Source: a candidate division CPR2 bacterium GW2011_GWC2_39_10 (GTDB taxonomy: Bacteria > Patescibacteriota > CPR2). Taken from it: a DNA stretch of 64,000 nt. The translations under genes were made by a program, and so were the position numbers. Below are positions 37,051 to 45,087 of the stretch, piece after piece. The stretch lies in contig LBVV01000007.1 of NCBI GenBank assembly GCA_000993275.1, positions 57,290 to 121,289 on the forward strand, given 5' to 3'. The notes beneath the pieces are model-generated. The model was not told the DNA's origin. It did not search any database and was given only the letters and a program-made list of their open reading frames with translations. How positions within the stretch are numbered: position 1 is the stretch's first letter; every line of letters starts with the position of its first letter.

Positions 37051-37629
37051 TTATTTAGTTAAAACAAATAAAACATGGGAGATGGGAAAGAAGCCACCTA
37101 CTTTTAACCCAATTTTTTTCTTTTCAACCATCAGACCAAGTTTGTCAAAAATATGCTTCCAACCCGCAATTGTTCTAAAATTGAAAGGTAACTTGGTTTC
37201 TCTATTTATGGTAAAGGTATTAAAGATGATGTCGTTTAAAGCCAACAAAAGAAAATCTAGCTTAGTGGCATAAAGATCTTCCAAAATAATTATTTTCCTA
37301 CAAACCCTTTTAGCTTCTTTCAAGACTTGATCAGGATCTTTTGTATGATGAAGCGTAAAAATTAACAAACCAATGTCAAACTCCTGATCTTTAAAGGGCA
37401 TGTGTTCCCCATCATAAACTTTGAAAGAAATGGATGCTGTATTTCTATCTTTTATGTCTAGACCGTGAACTTGAGACTTATAATCCTTGGCAACCTGGCA
37501 TCCAACGACTCCGGGGCCACTACCAATATCAAGAACTTTGCTTCCTTCTGGAATTTCACCTTTTAAAAGGCCACTTATTATTCCTGCCCTACGGTTTGGC
37601 TTTTTACTTATAAACCTTATTTGCTTCAT
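37051..37629 (-). CDS. Class I SAM-dependent methyltransferase
   Basis: Motif I 'VLDIGSGPGVVG' and motif II 'DIGLLIFTLHH'. 192 aa. Confidence 0.75.
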   Translation of the reverse strand: MKQIRFISKKPNRRAGIISGLLKGEIPEGSKVLDIGSGPGVVGCQVAKDYKSQVHGLDIKDRNTASISFKVYDGEHMPFKDQEFDIGLLIFTLHHTKDPDQVLKEAKRVCRKIIILEDLYATKLDFLLLALNDIIFNTFTINRETKLPFNFRTIAGWKHIFDKLGLMVEKKKIGLKVGGFFPISHVLFVLTK

Positions 37630-37756
37630 AAAGCTCCCTTAGCTAAAATTATAATAGATATTTATCGGTAACAAAAGATAATTTTTGACTCTGTTGCTGG
37701 AGAAAGGTTTTCGCTTGAAACTGCTGGAAGCATTTAACTGCTCACAACCCTCTACA

Positions 37757-38595
37757 TCATTTCACTAAACTTCTTAAAGAAATTAGGTCTGTCTTGGTGC
37801 CAGAGGGAGTAAAGAACGGAAGCATTGGTGGAAAAGGTTTCATTCCCTTTGTCAGTTTTAGTTCCAAAGGATAGTTTTCTTTTAATGACAAGGGTCTTTG
37901 TTTTCTCTCGGCCTTGTTGTTGGTAGGTTCTACGTGTTCATGAGTTATGCAGGTAAATAGCTCCTCCTTGTATTTGGCCATGAGTTTTTTTAAGTCCTCA
38001 AGCTTTTTAACGGTTAGTTTGGAGTTATCTATTTTTTGGATAACCTTATCTAATTTCTCATAGAATTCAGGCAATATTTCTTGTCTTTTGCAAAGATCAA
38101 AATCTTCATTTAATACTTCTTTTAACTCTTGGTATATTTCCTGAAGATCTCTGGTAATTTTAAGAGCAAACTTACGCTTAGTTTTACTTAAGTTTTAATT
38201 CTCGCTTAACTCTTTGGGTTTTCTGATGACATGAGACCAGCAGCCTTGATGATGACCGGGAAGTTTGTCATATGCCGGATAGAAATCAGTTACTCTTACT
38301 CCTATGTATCCTTCAAGCAATCTTTCGGCATTGCCTTTGCCCCTAGAAGCACCCACTTCAAATAAAACCTTTCAGTATCTCCGGAAGCAATGACCCAATT
38401 AAAATTCTTCTGTCCCAAAGTTTGCCAACCGGATTCATCAACATGAAAGGATTTGCTTTTTAAGATTCTTCTTTTTAGCTTCTGTTTCTGGAGTAGGAGC
38501 TTTTTGCCGGTATTCTCTAAGATGTAAGTTATTTCTCCGTCAGATATTCTAAAGGCATAAAGGCTCCTTAAATTTATATTAATAACCACCGTCAA
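37757..38595 (-). mobile_element. Degraded IS66-family transposase gene (fragments of the DDE core and C-terminus, interrupted by stops/frameshifts, N-terminus missing)
   Basis: The 97-aa fragment 'HVDESGWQTLGQKNFNWVIASGDTERFYL' resembles the IS66 DDE 'haDETp...WV' region. The 105-aa fragment 'LFTCITHEHVEPTNNKAERKQRPL' matches the IS66 'l.iDNNxAERalR' signature. No intact ORF exists and no IS66-type TIRs were recognised. Confidence 0.5.
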
Positions 38596-39319
38596 CGTTT
38601 ATTATTGCTCCATTAATGAAACTAGCATCTTCACTTGCTAGAAACACTATCACTTTTGCTATTTCCTCTGGCTCAGCAAATCTTTTTAACCATATTTTAT
38701 TAGATTCTTCTTCTATATATTCTTTAGGCAACGTTTTATTAATATCAGTATTTACCCAACTAGGAGCAACAGCATTAACATTAATAAAAGGCGCATACTT
38801 ATAGGCTAATTCTCTTGTTAAAGTATTAAGGGCGAATTTAGAACAATCATAATCTATACTTTCAGGCGTTAATACAGCACTACCGCTTGTAGATGAAACG
38901 TTTATTATTATACCCTTTTTATATTTCAACATATCTTCTGCTACTGCTCTTGATAATATAAATGGTGCAATTAAATTAGTGTTTAATGTTTTAGTAAAAT
39001 CATCTATTGTTCTGTTTTGTATATCTTTATCAATAGCAATGCCTGCATTATTAACTAAAATATCAATTTTCCCAAATTCATTTATTACTTTATTAATCAG
39101 CAAAATTACTTCTTTTTCATCCGTAATATCTGCTTTTACTGTAAGAGCTTTAATATTATATTTACTTTCAACTAATGTTTTTAATTCTTCGGCTTCTTTA
39201 AGACTATTATTATAATTTATTACAACATTATAACCTTTTTTTGCAAATTCAATAATTGTTGCTTTACCGATTCCTACGCTAGAACCCGTTACTAATACTA
39301 CTTTGTTTTTATTATTCAT
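38579..39319 (-). CDS. SDR-family oxidoreductase (FabG-like)
   Basis: 'VVLVTGSSVGIGKA', 'NNAG', and the catalytic 'YDCSKFAL' (YxxxK). 246 aa. Its 3' end overlaps the IS66 remnant ORF. Confidence 0.85.
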   Translation of the reverse strand: MNNKNKVVLVTGSSVGIGKATIIEFAKKGYNVVINYNNSLKEAEELKTLVESKYNIKALTVKADITDEKEVILLINKVINEFGKIDILVNNAGIAIDKDIQNRTIDDFTKTLNTNLIAPFILSRAVAEDMLKYKKGIIINVSSTSGSAVLTPESIDYDCSKFALNTLTRELAYKYAPFINVNAVAPSWVNTDINKTLPKEYIEEESNKIWLKRFAEPEEIAKVIVFLASEDASFINGAIINVDGGY

Positions 39320-39698
39320 TTGTATCTCCCATAATAAATTTTAATATTTGCTTTTCTCTAAAATGAACGTTAGATTTTGTTTCGGTCATAGATCAATTAT
39401 ATCTATAAATAGGGGTTTTGAAAAGACACGGTTAGTTAGGAACCTTAATATAAAATTAGCAATTCGTAATAGAAAAGTTATAGAAGTTTTAGGATCGTTC
39501 TAAATAGACCACCTAAACTTCTCTCCTATCATTCCTTTACTCAGAAAATTTAGTGGTTTTTTCTGGATTCCCGCCTTCGCGAGAATGACGTTCTAGGTGC
39601 ACATGGTTTCTTAAACAGAATAAAAAAATACCCTCTGCGTAGGGAATTCTAGTTCTTATCCAATATATAGACGTTACCGTCATCTTTGGTGCTCAATA

Positions 39699-39713
39699 TG
39701 GCTGGGGAGGAGG
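39699..39713 (-). repeat. 15-nt direct duplicate of the tRNA-Gln 3' end (att-like remnant)
   Basis: 'tggctggggaggagg' is identical to 40553..40567, which covers the tRNA CCA, discriminator and acceptor/T-stem 3' half. Same orientation, 840 bp apart. Confidence 0.45.
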
Positions 39714-39791
39714 CCCGCCTTCACTAAAGCTTCGGACGGGTAAAGATTCTCACTATCAGTTTTTACTGACCCTATTAAACATAGGTGTTAA

Positions 39792-40262
39792 TTATATTTT
39801 TTTTATCAAATTGATGCGATAATCTTTAATATCAGCTTTTTCTTCCACTCCGGTAAAATAAAAACCAGATTTTACCAGATTAGCCAGCATCTCTCTTCTT
39901 ACATTTCTCGTTTTTATCTTAATCGCTTCATAACCTCTCTTTTTGGCCCATTTTTCTTCATAATCCATAAGGGCATTCAAAACACCCTTTCTCCTGTATT
40001 CCGGGTTGATAGCGGCCATCCAACAATAAAAAGAGCCATCTCCAAATTTATCGTAACCCACTATATAACCAACGTCTTTTCCTTGGATATATCCGGCGAT
40101 AACCAAGTTATCTTTGTCTTTCATTCTTTCCGAGAAATAATCCGAATTATACTTTTCAAACTCAGGAATAACATCATTAATTTTAACTATTTCCTCAAGA
40201 TTAACTTCTCTTACCTCTATCTTGTCATAAGCTTCTTCGATCGCCTTTTTAGTAACCTTCAT
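39792..40262 (-). CDS. GNAT-family N-acetyltransferase
   Basis: 'RRKGVLNALMDYEEKWAKKRGY' acetyl-CoA binding motif A. 156 aa. It lies between the tRNA-Gln and its 3'-end duplicate. Confidence 0.8.
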   Translation of the reverse strand: MKVTKKAIEEAYDKIEVREVNLEEIVKINDVIPEFEKYNSDYFSERMKDKDNLVIAGYIQGKDVGYIVGYDKFGDGSFYCWMAAINPEYRRKGVLNALMDYEEKWAKKRGYEAIKIKTRNVRREMLANLVKSGFYFTGVEEKADIKDYRINLIKKI

Positions 40263-40365
40263 TTTAAAATACCTCCTCTGATGTCTATAATATCATTTTC
40301 TGAAAGACTTTAGGAATAATGTATTTTACCTCTAAATTAACAAATTTTCTAGTTCTTTTGTTAGT

Positions 40366-40403
40366 AAAAACTTCAAGTCTTTAATATCTTAAAGACTTGA
40401 AGC
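40366..40403 (-). terminator. Strong terminator downstream of tRNA-Gln
   Basis: A 13-bp stem (cttcaagtcttta / taaagacttgaag) with a T-run on the minus strand. Confidence 0.6.
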
Positions 40404-40552
40404 CTACCATACATGCAAGAGGATAAGGGTTGAGATTTCTAGAGGCATAATGCCTTCTTAAAACAGTTTATACAAAAACCAAAAAATCAGCAAACGCAAA
40501 TTCACTGATTTTTCCAATATATTATTCTATTTTCGATTCGAATTACAACTTT

Positions 40553-40627
40553 TGGCTGGGGAGGAGGGATTCGAACCCCCGAATGCCAGGACCAAAACCT
40601 GGTGCCTTACCGCTTGGCGACTCCCCA
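40553..40627 (-). tRNA. tRNA-Gln (anticodon UUG), CCA-encoded
   Basis: The reverse complement is TGGGGAGTCGCCAAGCGGTAAGGCACCAGGTTTTGGTCCTGGCATTCGGGGGTTCGAATCCCTCCTCCCCAGCCA. It folds into a cloverleaf with a 7-bp acceptor stem, anticodon loop TTTTGGT and a TTCGAAT T-loop. It closely resembles E. coli tRNA-Gln(UUG). Confidence 0.85.
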
Positions 40628-40681
40628 CTATCAAAAAACAGGAAACAACTAACAAGAAACTATAAATTTGACTTATCTATT

Positions 40682-41947
40682 TTAGAACAAAATGTTGCTT
40701 TTTACAAGATTTTCTTTCGAGTAGCTGAACTTGTTGAATAACAACAATTCATCTCTAATGAGCCTGGGAAGCAAAAAATATTTTGAAGAAACTTCTTTAC
40801 CCATTCTGCCCATATTTAACCTTAAATGCGTATCTTCAAGCAAATCAACGATTCTTTTGCCGCACTGCATACAATTATCAACCAAAAAACCATTTTTGCC
40901 GTCAATAATTTGCATTTTAATCCCGCCTACATTTCCCCCTATAACCGGTGTTTCTTTATACATTGCTTCCGCCACCGTCAAACCGAAACCTTCCTTAATA
41001 GATTTTTGAACTACTACACTCGATACCGTTTGTAATGCATTTATCTGTTCCTCCGAAAGTCCTTTTAATATTTTTATATCTTTGGCCTTGGCGGAGAATG
41101 TCTTTAACTCTTTATAGATTTTCTCACCTTCGGGATCATCGGATGCCAGTGACCCGGCCATAACCAGCTGTATGTCCGGCAGCTTTTGTTTGGCGACTTC
41201 AAATGCCTTTATAACGCCAACCGGATCTTTCCATGGATCAAATCTGGATACTTGGGAAACAATCGGCCTTCTGGTATCAATGCCCATCTTGTCCAAAATT
41301 CTTCTGGCCTTCATTCTGTCCATCTTGATATTTTTTGGCGTTAAAGGATCAATGGCGGGCGGTATTATAAAACGTTTTTTTATCGGAATGTCGGAGGGAA
41401 CAAACTCTTTTAAGGAAAAAACGCAGGAATCGTAGTCTCCCAAATATCTTTTAATATACTCCCAAACCTGCCTATTTACCTTAGATACATGAATGTGACA
41501 CCGCCAAACGGCATTGCCAACTTCACCATCTAAAAAGTACGGCAACGCCACCGGCTGAGGATCGTGTATATACAAATAATCCCAACTTTCTCTTTTTAAA
41601 TCATGAGCGTTTAAAGCGTTGAAGCGCTCGAAGACTTTTCGCATGTTCTTGGTGATTACTATTCGCCCATTCCCCTGAAGGGCGTTATGGATCGACTTGG
41701 TTACGTCCCAAAATTCCGGTTCGGCCTCGATATTATACCAGACGGCATTGATTCCTAAGTCATTAAGTAAGGGTATTTCTGACTGTAATATTTCGGCCAC
41801 TCCCCCGCCATTACGGGTTGAGTTAACGAAAACTACCCTTGATCCTTTTAATTTTTTAGCTAAATCTAAAATTTGGCAATATAACTCATCGGAGATAAGG
41901 TTTTTATAATTTCTTATAGATTTGGGGGTTGTTTTAACTTTTTTCAT
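40682..41947 (-). CDS. GT4-family glycosyltransferase (group 1)
   Basis: C-terminal 'EGFGLTVAEAMYKETPVIGGNVGGI' GT4 signature. The ATG at 41947 (MKKVKTT...) is preferred. The track's TTG start at 41995 lies inside the adjacent MITE copy. Confidence 0.8.
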   Translation of the reverse strand: MKKVKTTPKSIRNYKNLISDELYCQILDLAKKLKGSRVVFVNSTRNGGGVAEILQSEIPLLNDLGINAVWYNIEAEPEFWDVTKSIHNALQGNGRIVITKNMRKVFERFNALNAHDLKRESWDYLYIHDPQPVALPYFLDGEVGNAVWRCHIHVSKVNRQVWEYIKRYLGDYDSCVFSLKEFVPSDIPIKKRFIIPPAIDPLTPKNIKMDRMKARRILDKMGIDTRRPIVSQVSRFDPWKDPVGVIKAFEVAKQKLPDIQLVMAGSLASDDPEGEKIYKELKTFSAKAKDIKILKGLSEEQINALQTVSSVVVQKSIKEGFGLTVAEAMYKETPVIGGNVGGIKMQIIDGKNGFLVDNCMQCGKRIVDLLEDTHLRLNMGRMGKEVSSKYFLLPRLIRDELLLFNKFSYSKENLVKSNILF

Positions 41948-41961
41948 GAAAACTTTTTTTA

Positions 41962-42116
41962 TACTGGGCTTACGCAAAATAACGCATCTATCCAAGCCGA
42001 AACCAAGTGAGAAAAAATCTCTTTTCTCTACTGGAAGCGTATTTGTAGATACGCTGACAGGAGAAAAAGGGATTTTAGCCGCTTGGTTTGGTTTGGGAGG
42101 TGTGGTGGGTTTGCGT
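41962..42116 (+). repeat. MITE-like repeat, copy B (complete, 17-bp TIRs TACTGGGCTTACGCAAA / TTTGCGTAAGTCCAGTA)
   Basis: It aligns with copies A and C. It lies in the intergenic region between the GT4 gene and cysS. Confidence 0.6.
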
Positions 42117-42207
42117 AAGTCCAGTAAATAGCCAAAAATAGCAACTTCTTGCCTATTTAAAGTTTCCCTGAATTGAAAGTTTAAGTCAAGGAAATTCTAT
42201 TGAGATT

Positions 42208-43635
42208 CTAGAGCTTTTTATATTTGACGCCGGAAGCGGTGTCCTCAAGCTCTATCCCCTCTTTTAAAAGCTCGTCTCTAATTCTGTCGGCAGTTTGCCA
42301 GTCTTTTCTTTCCCTTGCGTCTTCTCTTTCGTTTATTTTTTCAAGAAGATATTCATCCAGTTCGTATTTTGACGGCCTGACCTTATCTAAGCCAAGACCC
42401 AGTACGGCATCTAAGTCTAAATAAAAAGCTTGAATTTCAAGAGCTTGCGTAATGGATATTTTTTCCAAATTTGCTTTTATTTTCTTTGTAAAATCAAAAA
42501 TGGAGCTTAAGGCAAGCGGAGTATTAAAATCGTCATTCATGGCAGAAATAAAGCCTTGTCTTGCTTCGCCGAGCCAAGAGCTAGTTTCCGCCTGGGATTT
42601 TTCTGTTTCAACCTCTTGAAGTAAAGCCAGAACAGTATAAATACTATCCAAATTTTTCGCGCTTTCCGTAAACAACTTCTCCGAAAAATCAATAATAGAC
42701 CTGTAATGCGATTTTAGTATCGCAAGCCTAATGACCATTGGATCGTGATTTTTTAGAAGTTCACTTACAAAGGCCGAGTTACCTTTAGACTTGCTCATTT
42801 TCTCGCCTTCAATTTTAACCATTCCCCAATGCAGCCAGTAATTAGCCATTTTTTCGCCTGTTAAACTTTCCGACTGGGCAATTTCATCTTCGTTGTGAGG
42901 AAAAATATTATCGGACCCTCCGCCATGAATGTCGAAATTATTGCCCAAATATTTTTGGCTCATCACAGAACATTCTATGTGCCAACCGGGATACCCAACA
43001 CTCCACGGAGAATCCCACTTTAAAATATGTTCGGGCTCAGCCTTTATCCATAAAGCAAAATCTTCCGGATTTCTTTTTTCGCTTCTGGCTTCTATCCTTG
43101 TGCCTGTCTTTGCTTTTTCCAATGTCCGTCCGGATAACTTGCCGTAATCTTTAAATTTAGTGACATCAAAGTAAACAGACCCCATAATTTCGTATGCAAA
43201 CCCCTTTTTAATTAAAGCTTCTACAAATTCAATGATTTCTTCTATATGCTTACTGGGACGAGGAGCAATGTCCGGATCCAAAACATTTAACGCCCTGAAG
43301 TCGTTAAAATATGCGTTTATAAATTTATCCACCAATTCCATCGGACCAACTTTAGACTCTTTAGCGCGTTTCTCTATCTTGTCTTCCCCTTCATCGGCGT
43401 CGTCCGTTAAATGTCCGACATCGGTGAAGTTTTGAACATAAATAACATCAAAACCGGACCATGAAAGATATCTTCTGACAACGTCTAAAGAAACATAACC
43501 TTTGGCATGCCCCAAATGTGAAAAATCGTAAACCGTGGGACCGCAAACATACATCTTAATCTCGTCAGGACTCTTAGGTATAAACCTTTCTTTTTTTCTT
43601 GAAAGCGTGTTGTAAATTAAAATCTGATCGTTCAT
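42208..43635 (-). CDS. cysS: Cysteine--tRNA ligase
   Basis: 'HIGH' region 'CGPTVYDFSHLGHA' and 'KMSKS' motif. 475 aa. Confidence 0.9.
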   Translation of the reverse strand: MNDQILIYNTLSRKKERFIPKSPDEIKMYVCGPTVYDFSHLGHAKGYVSLDVVRRYLSWSGFDVIYVQNFTDVGHLTDDADEGEDKIEKRAKESKVGPMELVDKFINAYFNDFRALNVLDPDIAPRPSKHIEEIIEFVEALIKKGFAYEIMGSVYFDVTKFKDYGKLSGRTLEKAKTGTRIEARSEKRNPEDFALWIKAEPEHILKWDSPWSVGYPGWHIECSVMSQKYLGNNFDIHGGGSDNIFPHNEDEIAQSESLTGEKMANYWLHWGMVKIEGEKMSKSKGNSAFVSELLKNHDPMVIRLAILKSHYRSIIDFSEKLFTESAKNLDSIYTVLALLQEVETEKSQAETSSWLGEARQGFISAMNDDFNTPLALSSIFDFTKKIKANLEKISITQALEIQAFYLDLDAVLGLGLDKVRPSKYELDEYLLEKINEREDARERKDWQTADRIRDELLKEGIELEDTASGVKYKKL

Positions 43636-43840
43636 ATAATCCTTTAAAAATAGACTGTCAAAAATTTAGTCTTTTGTCAGCGTCTAACAGTCAAAATGCG
43701 TATACTTTTTAAATACCTTGTCATAAGTTTCAAAATTTGTCAATCCAAACTCGATTTGGAATCCATTCTTTCTGGATCCCGGATCAAGTCCGGGATGACA
43801 GTTACGAGACGAGGATGATTAAACGTCTCATTATGTTATA

Positions 43841-44440
43841 TTAAAAAAGCTCTTGTCTGCCCTCTATGGCCTTGGCAATGGTCAACTCGTCCGCATACTC
43901 AAGGTCGGCGCCGATAGGAAGGCCGTATGCCAAGCGGCTTATCTTAACATTGAAGGGAATCAATGCCCTTTGCAGATACAAGGCGGTAGCCTCGCCTTCC
44001 AAATTTGGATTAGTGGCAATTATTACCTCTTTAATGCCATCACCCAATCGGGAAGCCAAAGTGCCTATATTTAAATCGTCAGGACCAATGCCTTCAATAG
44101 GCGAAATTGCACCACCCAAAACATGATATAGTCCCCTGAAATGACCCGAATTCTCTACTGCAACAACATCCATCGGTTCTTCAACAACGCAAACAACATC
44201 CTTGTCTCTCCTTAGGTCGGAGCATATTTTACACTCATCGATATCGGTTAAGCTGCAGCAAGTAGCACAATACCTAATGCCATTTTTTAATTCCAGAACC
44301 GCATCCCCCAAAAGAGAATTATCTTCCTCTTTTCTTTTCAAAAGATAAAAAACCAGCCTTTGGGCCGTTTTTGGCCCTATGCCCGGAAGCTTTGATAACT
44401 CATCAATTAAGTTTTGGACTGACTTTGGAATAACCTGCAT
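43841..44440 (-). CDS. recR: Recombination protein RecR
   Basis: HhH region 'LPGIGPKTAQRL', C4 zinc finger 'CATCCSLTDIDECKIC', and Toprim 'VCVVEEPMDV'. 199 aa. Confidence 0.9.
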   Translation of the reverse strand: MQVIPKSVQNLIDELSKLPGIGPKTAQRLVFYLLKRKEEDNSLLGDAVLELKNGIRYCATCCSLTDIDECKICSDLRRDKDVVCVVEEPMDVVAVENSGHFRGLYHVLGGAISPIEGIGPDDLNIGTLASRLGDGIKEVIIATNPNLEGEATALYLQRALIPFNVKISRLAYGLPIGADLEYADELTIAKAIEGRQELF

Positions 44441-44787
44441 TAATTTACGCTTTTGAAATAAAGATAAGTTGAACTAAAAAAATCGTTTTTTAAAAGCACT
44501 AATATCACTATAGAAATATTTATGATGACAAAGGTAATTTTAACTAACTTTTCAGAAAAAATAAAGTGTTTATAACCCGCTTCTTTTTTTAGAATAAAAT
44601 GCCAATATAAATACATGAGAAAAAGAAAAAAAATGTTTATGGGAATTGCATATAGAATAATTTCCAACATGACCCCAATTGAGTGGATTAGCCAGTTAAA
44701 AAAAGTAACCGCAAATTTAAAACATAATTCGATAAAACTCCATACGACTTGTAATACTTTCGAAACATTGTCGGCCATTTTAGACAT
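44440..44787 (-). CDS. Hypothetical small membrane protein
   Basis: 115 aa with 2-3 TM helices. It lies between ybaB and recR, with a 1-nt overlap with recR. Confidence 0.4.
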   Translation of the reverse strand: MSKMADNVSKVLQVVWSFIELCFKFAVTFFNWLIHSIGVMLEIILYAIPINIFFLFLMYLYWHFILKKEAGYKHFIFSEKLVKITFVIINISIVILVLLKNDFFSSTYLYFKSVN

Positions 44788-44792
44788 CCTAT

Positions 44793-45065
44793 TTAAAACC
44801 CAATGCCCATCCCTTTAGCGATATTGGCTGCTATAGCTTGAGACTTTGTAATTGCCTGCTCTATTGCAGATTTAATTTCTCTTTCAAGTTTTTCCATATT
44901 TTCCGGATCAACCAAATCTTTATCAATACTAACTTCCTGAACTTTTTGTTCGCCATTTATAACAAGCCTCACCGCCCCGGCTGTTACCGTTACCACCTCA
45001 GATCTTAACTTTTTCTGAAGTTCCTTCGCTTTTTTTACCATATCAAATTTTTCTTTAAAGCTCAT
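44793..45065 (-). CDS. ybaB: Nucleoid-associated protein YbaB/EbfC
   Basis: 90 aa with 'MVKKAKELQKKL..EVVTVTAGAVRLVINGEQKV'. The ybaB-recR synteny is conserved. Confidence 0.85.
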   Translation of the reverse strand: MSFKEKFDMVKKAKELQKKLRSEVVTVTAGAVRLVINGEQKVQEVSIDKDLVDPENMEKLEREIKSAIEQAITKSQAIAANIAKGMGIGF

Positions 45066-45087
45066 TTTTTTCTCCTAATTATGGTTA

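Noticed and set aside
41922-42131. 69-aa ORF on the plus strand ('...SKPKPSEKKSLFSTGSVFVDTLTGEKGILAAWFGLGG...'), and the similar 135-aa ORF at 52626..53033
   Set aside because: Both lie entirely within copies of the MITE-like repeat. The third copy does not maintain the frame, and substitutions between copies are not biased toward synonymous changes. They are treated as repeat-derived, not coding.
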